From: Vezdaea acicularis
Lineage: Eukaryota
DNA length: 35,350 bases
Assembly: GCA_026025075.1 (NCBI GenBank)
Contig: JAPEUI010000149.1
Coordinates: forward strand, 1-35,350
Reading direction: 5' to 3'
In this document: piece after piece, positions 11,787-24,038 of the stretch
How the letters are laid out: every line of letters begins with the position of its first letter
Numbering within the stretch: position 1 is the first letter of the stretch
Program-made: the position numbers and the translations under genes
Notes under the pieces: model-generated
What the model was told of the DNA's origin: nothing
The model's database searches: none
The model's input: the letters and a program-made list of their open reading frames with translations, nothing else

Positions 11787-13423
11787 ACTTATACAGACCC
11801 TTTCCTTTGATTACATCTGCTTATTGCATTGATATTGAATTGTTGTTCGCATAGAAAAGCATAGTATCGCGTTCGAACCCTTGCAATTTGATGTTAGACC
11901 ATTGCATTTGAAGCTGTAAAGGGGTGTCCATCCCCGACCGGATGGACATGTGGAGCGAGTGGCTTACACAATAAGCAAGGAAGTCTTCCGATCAAAGAGA
12001 TACAAGCTTCTCAGGGCTGGGATCCTGTGATGCTCCAGTACTGAGACTCAAGCCTTCCTTTGGATTGGGCTTTCGGGCCTCGACAGAGCGGCTAGTATCC
12101 GAATATGAAGGATATACCCTAATAGGAGCTATCCTTCCGGTATGTAGGAATAAAAACGCTGGCTTAACAACAATGTATTATCGTCGATTCTGAGATCATC
12201 CAAGAGGAAGGCAACGATGGCATAGAAAGGGGTCAGAACCGTATACGAACGAGAGCAATACATCAGCATCTTGTCTCGATGCCTGCGTTGTACACCAAGA
12301 TGGGCGTAGCCTCGTCATAGGCGCTGACTGTAAGGCACACATTGCTCTCTGGGTCGATATTCTTAGACGCCCGAGGCAGAGCGTTATGGGTGGTATGAGC
12401 TGTTATTGCCAGCCCGGAGATGGCGTTTAGCGATTGGATGCCCAGGCGGCTGCGGATCCTTATGCGCCGTAACCCCAGTCGGGTTGCTGCAGGAGGCCTT
12501 CCCATACAAACATCTTCGGGTCGAGGGCTTTACCTTTAGTGTCGAATCCCTAAATTCCCTGCTTGGATTAGTCCTACAATTTGTTAGCATGACTTTGAGA
12601 CTTGTAGCGAAATACTTATGGGCTCTTTTTTGTACCCCTGAACGCGGATAACACGGAGACTGGACTCTCATCGCGATATCGTCATTCCACCTACTAAGCT
12701 CGAGGCCTGGTCCGACAACATCATGGAATCCTCGTGCAAGGATGTCGACTGTCAGCGAAGAAGGTCTGAGTGTCACAGTACACCATCTTTCGCAATAAAA
12801 TAAGGAAGGGTTACCATCTGTGTACCAGACCTAAGAGTCGTTGCCCGAATGAGCTCAACTTGGCAGTTTGAAGGCAGGGCGACGAGCCATCAGAAGTCCT
12901 CCGATGTTCGCGTTCTTCCGTTGCTTTTGGGCACTTTAAAACTATAGGCAGTTATGCAGGAAAGTGCTTTGTACACGCATGGGACTGGAGCTCTCGGCAC
13001 CTTACAACAACACTCCTTTGGCAACGTTGCTCTAGGCTCACCAGCCAAGGTTCGACAAACGCTCTAAAGTTACCTCAGCGAGCCTTAAAAGCAACCAGAA
13101 TGGTCTGGTTCTATATCCCGAAGAGCTCAACGAAGTCGTGGGACACAGCTTAAAGTGTTGCGATGCTTCAAGAAGGCTCCTCTTAATTGGTCAATGTTTA
13201 CAAACACGGGACGTTAAATAGACAAACTGTCTGATATCGACGACTAGACAGGGAGTTCCGCTTCAACTTTCCAGGAAGGGTAGCCCTTATCTATCTATCA
13301 ACAACATACCAGAATCGTTCGACGAAGCATCGCCAGCTTACACGTTCGAGAGCATGACCACTCTCACATCTCCTTCATACCTAAGACATATCAAGAAGAT
13401 GGGGGGCCCCCTATATACCGAAA

Positions 13424-13573
13424 GACCACTTCTTAAAGGGCTACCCACAAAAATGACTACTCACAAAATGACTAATCATAAAAGTCCTACTCGCAATATG
13501 ACTAATCATTAAAAGACTGCTCACAAAATGACTACTCATAAAAGCAGTACTCATGAAAAGACCACTCAAACAA
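13424..13573. repeat. Degenerate minisatellite, 15-bp unit x ~10 (GACTACTCA(C/T)AAAA(T/G))
   Basis: gactactcacaaaat / gactaatcataaaag / tcctactcgcaatat / gactaatcattaaaa / gactgctcacaaaat / gactactcataaaag / cagtactcatgaaaa / gaccactcaaacaac. Confidence 0.85.
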
Positions 13574-14067
13574 CTAGGTACCGTCCGTACAATGGGAGGC
13601 CACCCATGTGATAAGATATCACTCATGCAATGTGGAGTCTCTCGCTTGACGAGAGCCAACAAATGTTACAAGGGGTTCCCCATATTATGAAGGACTGTTC
13701 ATAGAATCAGACGCCGCCCATATCATAAGGCTCGGTCTGAACAATGAGAGCCTCTTTATTCAACAGAACTCGATTTGAACAATGAGATGGCCTCTCCAAC
13801 AATAGGCTATTCGTATCATGGGGCGTCACTCAGATCATGGGACAGCATGCGTATTATAAGAAGCCTCTCAATTAACGAGAGATCATTAACATAGCAATAT
13901 GCTACCTATACAATCACATTCTGTTCATAAAGCGGGAGCTCGTTCGTACATTAAGGATCGTCGGCATGGCGGGAGGCCACAACGTAAAAGAAGCCCGCAG
14001 ATCTTGACTTGCCAGTCAATGCTCATAAAGACGTACAGCTTCCCTCTTTCTGCCCTCCTACCCTCAC

Positions 14068-15510
14068 TCAGGTACCCTTCACAATCAACTGCTTCTCTTT
14101 CTTCAGGTTGTCCACGACCTGCCGGCTCACATTCAACGTCGCTGCCACAAGATCCGGTGGCGTCAATGCCAACCACTGCGTCAGAGAGATATCCGCTACG
14201 TGATCACTCTTGTACAGCTCAATCCAGACGAGCGTTTCGTTTTGCGAGATATTCTCGACATAATGGCCTGTATTGTCCGGAAAGACGGCCGTGTCGCCGG
14301 CAGAGAAGTCAAAGGTGCGCGCTAGAGCATTGCCATTGAAGACTGTCGCACGCGCGTGGCCCTTGGCAAAGTAGAGCCATTCGTCGGCCTTTCGATAGAG
14401 GTTAGTCAAGGCATTTGGATGCGGAAAGGACTGTTGTGGGTGGCCGACTTACGTTTGGATGCCAATGCAACTCTCGCAATCCGCGCGGTTGGACCGTCAC
14501 GATTGCAGCAGCGAGTGTTTTCGCGACCGGGAAGTTTCTGGAGTCCACAATCTGAATGGTCCCGCCGCCGCCTGGGGCCTGGGTAGGTGGTTTCTGAGAC
14601 GCAAAATATACGTACGTGGAATTGGCGCTGGCCGTCAGATTCCCATATGGACTCGCCACCACGCCGTTGCTGACATTGGTCGGCAGGATATACGGATCCG
14701 TCTTGGGGGTATTGTCGAAAACGGAGGCGTTGACGCCGAAGTTCTTCGCAAGAATGTCTTTGGGCGTATGCGCGATCCAGTCATCCACCATGAACGTCGT
14801 CCCAGCGGCGTCGAAATTTCCGTCGTCAAAGACGAGCAGATATTCGTTCTCGTCCGCAAGGCCATTGATCGTGTGAGCGACGCCCTTCGGGAAATACCAA
14901 ATATCTCCCACGTTGAGTCTGCTCACTTGGTTGAAGCCGTTTTCGTCGACTGCGGATATCAGTACGCTACCCGCGTAGACGTAGCCCCATTCGGCAACAC
15001 GATGCCAGTGCAATTCGCGAGATGCGCCCTTCTTGAGATGTTGCTGGGCGCCGGCAATATCCTTGCTGGCAGGTAAGTCTGTCACGACCTGTCTGACGTC
15101 AGTCTTCTGCCTTCGCTTGAAAACGGAGATATCAATACCTGTTCACGGCTCCATCCTCCATTCAGCAGGCGCGCTTTGGAGTCCGAGAAACTCCACTTCA
15201 GATTAACGACCACTCCGTTATCCGTGCCCTCCGCTCCCAAGTTCGCGGGGTTCTGGATGTCGAGCTGCGCGTTCGTCCCGCCAGAAAAGATCGAGCCTTT
15301 GCTGGCGACGGGATCGTAAGGTTGCCCGTTCGTGAAGCTCGGTGGCGGATTCGCTCTCTTCTCAAGCACCGCCCGGAGATGTTTGGAGCCCTGGAAGTCT
15401 CGAGGTACCTCCTCGTGATATACCTTCGACGCCTCGGCGTGGACCAGAGGGGTTGCAAGCCCCCTTTGCAAGACCGTCAAGAGCGCGACGAGAACTAAAG
15501 AACCCCTCAT
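14068..15510 (-). CDS. Secreted Mn-dependent bicupin, oxalate decarboxylase/oxidase family (~442 aa); exons 15510-15139, 15088-14453, 14388-14068
   Basis: Signal peptide MRGSLVLVALLTVLQRGLA and NLKWSFSDS..GGWSREQ. Two Mn-binding cupin motifs: RELHWHRVAEW..FPKGVAH and RELHWHPNADEW..FPDNTGHY. Also WIAHTPKDILAKNFG and QWLALTPPDLV. Introns 15089-15138 and 14389-14452. Confidence 0.93.
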
Positions 15511-16739
15511 GTTCGATCTACTGGACGCGTTTGCTAGTGATCACAAATGACTGGAAAGCTCATGCCATCCCGCGACCTCATCCGGTACATATACAGACGA
15601 GCATAGCTCCACCATTGCCCGCCGAAAGGCGTCACCGTTCCACTTGAAGTCGCACTCCGCAGACGCCAGGCGGTATTCGTAGAAGTACACCCGTGCCTTA
15701 ACTGCAAACGGCTTGAATGCCCAGCCTCCGGATTCCAAATCCATCCCCACAACGATGCAATTGCGAAGCTGCCCGCCCGTGCTGCAAACATTGATACACC
15801 GTGTAACTGCCTAGCGCTTCGAAGTCGCGATCTGCCAAGCCTATTGCAACACATCCCACCAATCCCATGCCCAGACTTCGTTCCACGGCGATCCCCCACG
15901 TCGACTCGAGCCTATTTCGATGTCGACTGCCGTTCTTTGGCGTTAGTCATCTGGTGGTACTTCTGTTCGTAGAATAATGTGCCAAAATCACGCCTTTTGG
16001 AAGGTATGCCGTTGTCCGTGAAGGGAAAGCTTGGTGGTCACGTCTGATTCGCTGCTTGGACCGAGGCGTGTGAGGCTAACTAAAGAGGCGCACGATGCTG
16101 CCGTCGTTAAACGAGATCGAGCTTCCCGTCCGGCCCCACGTAATTCCCACCATTCATTGCAAATAGCAAAGTATTCGACCCCGCACTGCATCCGACAATC
16201 GCGATCGCATTTATCATAACATATGCTCGTTCAAGTTCGGCTTAACGGAAACATTCCAGAAAGGCTGCGAACAAATGACCTGGAGCTTTGATTGGACATA
16301 ATTATAGCCTCGAACGCGAGATTTCAGCCGGAAAAAACGTGGCTCCCAGGAAACGCGCCAAAAGAGCTCACTAGATGCTTGGATGCGCTTTCCTGCTTCT
16401 ACACTCTCATATCAGTATACCCTACTATACCTGGGAATGTTTTGAATGGGTAAGGGCTTGAACCCGCCAGGTCGTCAACATTCTGTGCCTAAAGAAATAC
16501 AGAGGGAATCTCATGGGGGAACTCTCGTTAAAACCGTTTCGGGTCCATTTTGCCGACAACAGATGTTTACGGACTTCCGTGCAGCCTTGTGCTGGGCGCC
16601 TAGACATGGGGCGCTCAACGATGATTGGCCCCCCGAAGCGGGGGGTTCGTAAGAGTCACTGTCGGACGATATGGTCAGCTACTTTAGTTGACGATCGGAG
16701 ATCCGATGGCGTGAGCTCTAATGCTTCATCAGCGTCGCA

Positions 16740-18269
16740 ATGAACGAGCCCCTTGAGCCAGACTATTACGAAGTTTTGGGGGTGTTACGTACTGCGACGG
16801 CTGAGGAGATCAAGCGGTCGTATAAGCGGCTGGCGTTGCTGTACCATCCCGACAAGGACCGGAAGAATCCGAATGCTAAGTACAACTTTGTCAGGGTGAG
16901 CATCGCAGTATCTTTCACCCTTTCTGGAAGTACAAGCTATGCTATAATTGGGACTCATTGATCTAATCTCCTTGCCTTTCCAAAGCTTCAATTAGCGTAT
17001 GAGACAATCAGCAATTCTTACTTGAGGCTGTGCTACGATATTAAACATCCTAGAATTCAGAAGGAATGGGATGCATGGAGAAGAGCCAAGCGACGTGAGC
17101 GGGAGGAAGAGGAAGAGGAGAGTAGGAAGAGACAAAAAAGAAGCCAGCAAGAAGCAGCCGATGCTGATGCCGCAAAGATAAAGTTACAGAAAGCACAGGA
17201 AGCCGCGATCGAGAAAGCGCGCGCGGAAGAGGAAAGGTCGAAAAGAGGTGAATTAGAGCAGATTGCACGAGAAGTAGGAGTGTTGGAAGAAGAGGAGAAA
17301 CTGTGGACCGCACAAGAGAAGGAATGGCTTGCAAAAGATAAGGCAGGGACCCCGTCGTGGGCATTCACTTCGACAAAGCAGGCAAACCAGCCTGAAATTT
17401 CGGAAGATGAAAAGAACAAGAGAGAGCGGGAACGAGTGCAAGCAATCGCACGTCAGCGCCTCAAACGTGGAGAACTTCTAAGGAAGAGAGCGAAGATGCA
17501 AAAGCTGGAGAAGGACGTGCAACGGCTAGTAGCATTGAGAGAGCAGGCTGAAAGGAAAAGGAGGCAGGAAGAAGAGGAGAAGGCTCGTTTAGCTCGAGAG
17601 AAGTTTACGAAAGAACAGGCTGCTAGAGAGGCTCTTGCGAGAGAGATGGCTCGTTTAGCTCGAGAAAAGCTCGCGAGAGACGAGGCAGAGAGAGAGCGAT
17701 TCGCGAGAGAGACCGCTCGTTTAGCTCGAGAAAAGCTTGCTAGAGAGCAAGCAGAAAGAGAGAGACTCGCGAGAGAAACTGCTCGTTTAGCTCGAGAGAA
17801 ACTCGCGAGAGAAGAGGCAGAGAGAGAGAGACTTGCGAGAGAGAAGGCAGCTAGGGAGTGGGAGGCGGCGGAAAAGGTCCGGCGCGCAAGGGAGAAGCGT
17901 GAAAGGGAGCAAGCAGCAGAGCGAGAAGCTTCAAGGAGGCAAGCAGCGGCAAAGAAGCAAGAAGAGTATATGTACCAGCAAATGCAAGACGCTGAACAGG
18001 AGATGCGAGGAGAGACAAATGAAAGAATAAGGCCAACAGGACGATGGTACACTCAAACTCCTAAGGTTGAGATTTTTGACTCTTTACCAAAGGATCGTGC
18101 GAATTGCCACCACTCCGGGTTTTGGGGTAAAGTTGATGGCTCCTTCACATGCCAGGGGTGCTCTGCATACTTCCGATTCTGGATCCTGCAATGCCCAAAT
18201 TGTCGGATGAAGGCGTGCGCGACATGCAGGCCTCTAGTGCAGCATAAAGCGACTGACTGGTGGGCATAA
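16740..18269 (+). CDS. DnaJ (J-domain) protein with long charged coiled coil and C-terminal Cys-rich putative zinc finger (~479 aa); exons 16740-16895, 16986-18269
   Basis: [25 protein letters not shown] (HPD motif). Intron 16896-16985 (GTGAGC..TCTAAT..AAG) restores [13 protein letters not shown]-terminal CHH..W..CQGC..CPNC..CATC. Confidence 0.88.
17583..17846 (+). repeat. Coding tandem repeat, 66 bp (22 aa) x4, [22 protein letters not shown]
   Basis: gctcgtttagctcgaga recurs at 17583, 17649, 17715 and 17781, an exact 66-bp period. Confidence 0.9.
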
Positions 18270-18322
18270 GGCGGCGGCGTCGAAGATGGCAGATTTTCAT
18301 GATAGAGATATCCCAACGGAGT

Positions 18323-18609
18323 TAGGTGGTTTAAGACGGAGCTAAATGTTGTGTCTGGCTGGTCCAGATTAAGCAGGGTTTAGTCTAGAGCTGCTGTCAG
18401 CTTAGACGGGATAGGATGTTAAGATCGGGCTAAATTTTTGGGTCTGGCTGGTCCAGATGAAGAAGGGTTTAGTCTAGTCCTGCTGTTAGCTTAGATGGGA
18501 TGATAGGATGTTAAGACCAGACTAAATTTTGGGGTCTGGCTGGTCCAGATGAAGAAGGGCTTAGTCTAGTCCTGCTATTAGCTTAGATGGGATGATATGA
18601 TGTCAAGAC
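18323..18609. repeat. Non-coding tandem repeat, 89-92 bp x ~3.1, each unit self-complementary
   Basis: gtctggctggtccaga starts at 18353, 18442 and 18534. Units share ttaaga..ctaaa..gtctggctggtccaga..ttagtctag..gcttaga.ggga. Confidence 0.92.
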
Positions 18610-21263
18610 GCAAGATGTAGACCCTTTCAGCATATCATTTGAGAGTGATATTCAAGCTTTCTATTTGGGGCCCCTGAGTGCTACACGTTTCGGCATGTGT
18701 TCCCCGGATCAATGGAGATATTCGTACTGAAAGTTAGTCCGCCTGAATAGATCGGTCTAGAGCATTCACTGGTCTAGATCAACCGGGCTGACTTGTGTTC
18801 TGTTCTCGTCTGATTGTTGAGAACAAATGTCGAAGACGACGGGTTCGGTAAACAGATTGGCCCCCCTAGCAGGTGATGTTACTGCCCCGAAGCTGCTCAG
18901 TAGTATTGGCTCATTGAACCGTTTCCGCCCTTCGAAATGGGATTGAGTGGTTGGAAATGCCAGTCAGCAGACGCTCTTAAACTAGGAAGCCCCCAATTGT
19001 CTGGGTCGAGGTATCACGCCCTGCTAGCTCGATTCTTCTTCCGCGTGGAGGAAGCAATACACATCAAGCAAACTAAGAAAGAAAGAGTCTGAGAACGCTT
19101 TCTCACACAAACGAGGGGATCTGCTATTTTCCTAGGGTTATACAACAGCTTGCAGCAATACCAGCTTGCTTGCAAGAACTGGAAGCTCAGCGGCGTTTTT
19201 GGAGGGCGTTCGGTAGTTTCCAAAGCCATGGCGAGTCTCATGCACTCCCATGACTGATGCCCGGCGAGGTTGCTAGCACATGTTGATGAATCGCAGAGCA
19301 GCATGAAGGCACCAAAATTTTTTTTGCTGCACTCCTACAGTACGTACTATGATTGGAAGTAGCCCTGATGGACAGATCATGTGATCAGTCAGTCAACAGG
19401 TCGGATGAGGTCAAGTGTGATGTGCTCCTGCCTTGCAGAGAATGATCCACATTCCGTGGCTGACAGCAAGCGATAAGGGGTGAAGCGAAAGGATTCGCAT
19501 GTACCCGCACCTGCACCGACGAGGATGCTCGGATGGGGCGATGGTACCCATGGGAAGATTGCAACGTTTCCGCGGTAAGACGTGCATCGCAACCCCCTTC
19601 TCCTGCCTCCTACCTGGCATTACCTTGCAAATGCATCATAGTCGAGATAGAGATGTCATCCGGAGCCCCATCTGGTCTCCGCTGCTTGCTGACCGTGAAA
19701 AAGAAAGAATGGCGCGTTTTTTTGGCGAAGCCACGCATCGGGCAAGCCGGGGGCAGGCAGGGGCCCTACGACCACCGGGGCGAGCCCGAAAGGGGAAGCG
19801 ACGAGGGGAGCGTCCAGGGTCTAGCGAGAGCTTAGAGCGAATCACGCCAGCCGTGCCTTCCCAGAGCCGGCTATTGAATGACGGCGGCGGCGGGGGTGCG
19901 CTCTTCAGCTGCAAATATCTTCCAATCACGGCAGGAACGCAGGAAATTCGAGGAAAGCGAGGAAATGATGGCCAGGAAATAAACCGCCGCGAAACCTGCC
20001 CATTAATCGCCCTGCAGCACCATCGCCACCTGTAATGCGTGATGCTGGCCGCGGGACAGCATTGCAATGCAACACCTCCATTCTGATTGACGGGCTGACT
20101 TCCAGGACATGGGCGCATTGCCGCGGCCAGCCTATGACAAGGGGTGCAGAAATGCGTGCGGCGGTCCGGCAGGAGACGGCGTGGGGCCTGGAGAATGTGG
20201 GCGGAAAGCGAGAGGCAATCCGGGCAAGCGCCACATCTCCCATCTGGCCCAGGCACGACCGCACGACTGGATGGCGTCCCCCTCGTGCTGCCCTCATTCG
20301 GCATCCAATCTCAGTTCTGCCGGCCGTTTGCGCCTTCCTCCCCTCTCACTTGTCACCGCTGCGACCCGCCATTGCGCACATGGCGCGCCCCTGCCAGCTC
20401 GCCGATAATGCACCTTCCACGCCCTCTCGCTCTTTCCCTCTCCCTGCCCCCCCCGGCATGTAGGCTCTACTGTGTGGTCCCTGCCCAGATCGGCCGTTAC
20501 GTGCCGAGCTCGATTCTTCACGCTCTTTCCTCGTCACCGCCGTTGTCGCCCACCAGCATGCGTTGGCTGACTCTGGCCTTCTTCAATCCCCCTTCCCCCT
20601 CCTCTCTCCGCATCTCCATCGCTCCTCCTCTCCATTGCCGCGCCCTCGATGTGAGCAAACGGCTCTCGCGAGATTAGTTCACAACCCGAGCCGCAGTGGT
20701 GGGCTGCCCTCGATCTGATATCGGCCACTATCTCAATATCTGACGCCCATTCGCCCCGGATCTTGGCTCGAGCGGCGCTTGGAGGCTTGCCTACCGACGA
20801 ACCATTGTCCTGGAGAGACTTCTCGACAGCTCTCCCTGTCAAATCTCCCGTTCGACCGGGCGCCTCTCATATTCTCCGTTGGCCGGTCCACTGACGTCTC
20901 TCACCGTCTGAACCTGCCCGTCCGCGCCTGCCAATATATTGGCCCATTGGATGTCCATGCGAACCCTATAATAACGTCACTCGACAGCTGTACCTCCTAT
21001 CGGGCCAAGTATTTGTACCAAGCTGCCCACGTCGCCTTGTCTGCGTGGACAGTAACTTTCAATTGCTAAGATACCAACGACTGGCAACGTCTACTTCCGC
21101 AACACTTGAGGCGCATATGCCATGAACTGGCCATAGCTCGCAGTTTCTGAGAACGGGATTTAGCAGCCTCACATATTAGAGGTAAATCATTACGGAGGAC
21201 TTGAATGTCAATTCGAATTGGTTGAGCATATGCTCCATGTAACACCGGAACTATTATAAGGAG

Positions 21264-23336
21264 ATGGAATCTATGACCACTTTGACGACGTTCATGCTGT
21301 AAGTTGACCTCGCAAATGCTCCACCAGACACCACGTTCTAAGTTCTTTTATAGAGAGATTCCCTTCTCAACATCTTCTGTTCATCTGGTGGGTTCGTGGG
21401 ACAACTTCTCAAAACCTTATCCCATGGAAAAGGATATAAGAAGGGGCCGGGATCATTGGCGAGGATGTCACAAATTTGAGAACATCATATGCGATGGAGA
21501 TGTCCGAAGCAAAGTCAGCAGGAGAGATGGGGGCCTGAAAATGGGCGGGAGATACTGGTATTACGTATGTCCATCTGCTCTTACGCGCCTTTAGGTTGAG
21601 CCTAACAACCAGAGATATAGTACCAGACAGATGGCGATGTGGAATTTTATAACCCTCTTGAACCGTACACCAACGCTTGTCCATTGCTCCCAGGTCAGCC
21701 GGTCAATGTACTTGACATTCCCAGGGAGTTTGGAAGCCCACCCAGAGGCCACAAAGGACGTACTAGCTCGAGTAATATTGATCCGTGGACGATGGATCCT
21801 GATGACAAATATCTTACTCCTCGCCCTGTACCAGCCCCACCTTGCCCTTCCATTAGCAGGAATGGTCGCCGAGGGTATTCAGCCTCCCCACCGAGTCTCG
21901 GCCGTCATAGTCTCTTTGGCTCCACGACCTCACTTAATAAGTTGCTACGGAAAACTTCTATGGGCGACATCGGCGAAGATCAACGTTCTTCATCTTTAGT
22001 GCCTCCTTCATTCCGTTCGGCCTTCTCACACCTAAGAGCATCTCGGTCCGTCAGCCTTGATAGCGAAGGCGAGCATGCGCGAAGAGGCTCTTTCGGTTTA
22101 GGCCAAAAGGGCTACCACGCTGGCTGGAATATCAGTCAGCCCACCCTTCTTACTCGTACCAATAGTGGCAGACCTTGTCTCCCGGTCGGATGTGCTCCAT
22201 CCTTGGTATCTTCGAGAGATTCGTCAGTCTCAGCGAGCGCCCGTCATAATGATGCCCCTGGGCACCAAGGTTCGCTTTCTCTGGAAGCGACCGAGCAACG
22301 GAATGAGCAAGCTGTGGCCGCCAAATTTTCAGACAGCCACTCAGCGTTTTCAAGCGAGTCCGGTAGACCAAAAGATTTATCCAAGCACTCACACGCTTCT
22401 GCTTCTCTGCCAAGTGGGATATCACCTTTCAGAAGGATTATTACATCCGAGAACTCGACTCCTTACGACGCGGATCAAATTGTTGAGGAGACAGAAGAAG
22501 AGGACGATGACGAATTTAATTTTCATCGAGTGAGCCAGATCATAGAAGACCAAGATTCTATGAAAGGACTTTCGCCACCTCCGTCTAGGAATATGGGCAT
22601 GGACGACGAGGAAGCCCCAGTAGACTTCCCATCGTTCGCTACTCGTACCACACCTACGACCGAAGAACAGTTTCGCACTTCTCTCCCGCCTTTCCCGACA
22701 GACCTACCACAGTCCAACAATCATTCTGATACTCGTTCGCCGTCGCCACCACGACGAGCCCCTCCTCCTTTGCCTGATATTGAGATAGTCGAGAAGAGTC
22801 ATTTTTCGGTGTGGTCGGACTCTTCACGTGTTCTATCCCCGTTCTCGGAATCTTCCTGCGGTTCACCATCATCTCCTCAATCTCCATCCTTCAGCCCTCT
22901 GCCCTCGGACTCGACTACCCCGTTGCCCATCGCAGCTCAGTCATATCCGGTACCAACGTCACACGACTCGAGAGAGAATCCTGTTGACTATGTGACGGAC
23001 AGCAGCCTGCAAGACTACAAGTCTGCTTCCACGCTGAGCGATCGCGATCTGTCGAGCATTGTCACTAATCCGACAGTCGCCCTCACGCAGCTATCCCATA
23101 CAACCCCAACAGCGCCTGCAAGTGGCCTGATGGGTTATGACTTCGCCGAAAAGCACTACAGCTTGGAAGCTATGCCGTGCAAACCCAAAAACGATCCAGA
23201 GAGCTACCATCGGAAGCCTCCATCACGAAACACGTTCGGTGTCGACCATCAGCCCATTAACCAATGGGGCGAACAAATCACTGCTATGAACGACCTCGTA
23301 CAAGACCTCCAGTACCTCGGCAGTATCATTGTGTAA
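21264..23336 (+). CDS. EsdC-related protein with N-terminal CBM48/AMPK-beta-like glycogen-binding domain and long S/P-rich disordered tail (~653 aa); exons 21264-21298, 21354-21564, 21621-23336
   Basis: TFML-EIPFSTSSVHLVGSWDNFSKPYPM..GGLKMGGRYWYY-YQTDG..CPLLPGQPVNVL, and C-terminal DLVQDLQYLGSII. Introns 21299-21353 (GTAAGT..TAG) and 21565-21620 (GTATGT..CCTAAC..TAG) are in frame. Confidence 0.8.
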
Positions 23337-24038
23337 AATTGCGGATGCCTGAGAGCCTGAGGCATGAACGCGTCTCTACTCTTTGGTGTAGCACTCTCTG
23401 CGTCTTGCCCTACATACCCGGACGATTTACCCCTATTTCTATCCTCCTTTCCATCTCTCTGTCCATAATCTACTCTCGATTCCTAGCAAGTGTGTTCTAC
23501 TCTCATCATCACATTTTTCTCAGCACAAGCATTTTGGCTCACATCACGAGCGCGCACATAAAGTTGTCTATTTGCAGAAGATACCATATATACGTCTTGA
23601 TCCTATTAGCGTTGCTTTATGAGGGAAGGCGGGGCGTTTATATACACAATGATGACTTCGGGCTGGGTATCGCTTTGGCGCAACATCTTTGGGGAATCTG
23701 GAAGACGCGCTTCAAGTAGTGCCATATTCTGATGTTATTGTAATGCTATGTCCATAGGATACGGTACAACGCAATATAGAGAGGTAGTGGGGTAGGTTGT
23801 CAGGGATACTGAGTGGAGTAGTGATCGAATAACATATGATCATTGTCATCTAAAAATTTGGTCACTGCACGATGAGATTGAGGTCAATGACTGGATTAGT
23901 TTCTGTTGTGAGGATCCCAATTTAAGGGGCAAAAGTCCCGCCCAACGCCCAAAGCCATCCGGAAATCTATATGAAGCAAAGAAAGAAAGAAAGCCCCCTC
24001 CCCTCTATCCCTTTTTATCAAGTTCCTCAAGAACCCCT

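Noticed and set aside
15665..15839. Two PacC-type GCCARG sites upstream of the bicupin gene
   Set aside because: Plausible for a pH-regulated enzyme, but two hexamers are close to chance expectation.
18323..18609. Repeat array as CRISPR or hammerhead retrozyme
   Set aside because: No unique spacers, eukaryotic context, and no CTGATGA/GAAA hammerhead core on either strand.
19499..20842. Many overlapping 100-222 aa ORFs on both strands
   Set aside because: By-product of high GC; R/P/A/G-rich translations with no domains.
23264..23719. 151-aa ORF overlapping the end of the EsdC-related gene
   Set aside because: Lies in the probable 3'UTR; low-complexity I/L/S/Y composition.
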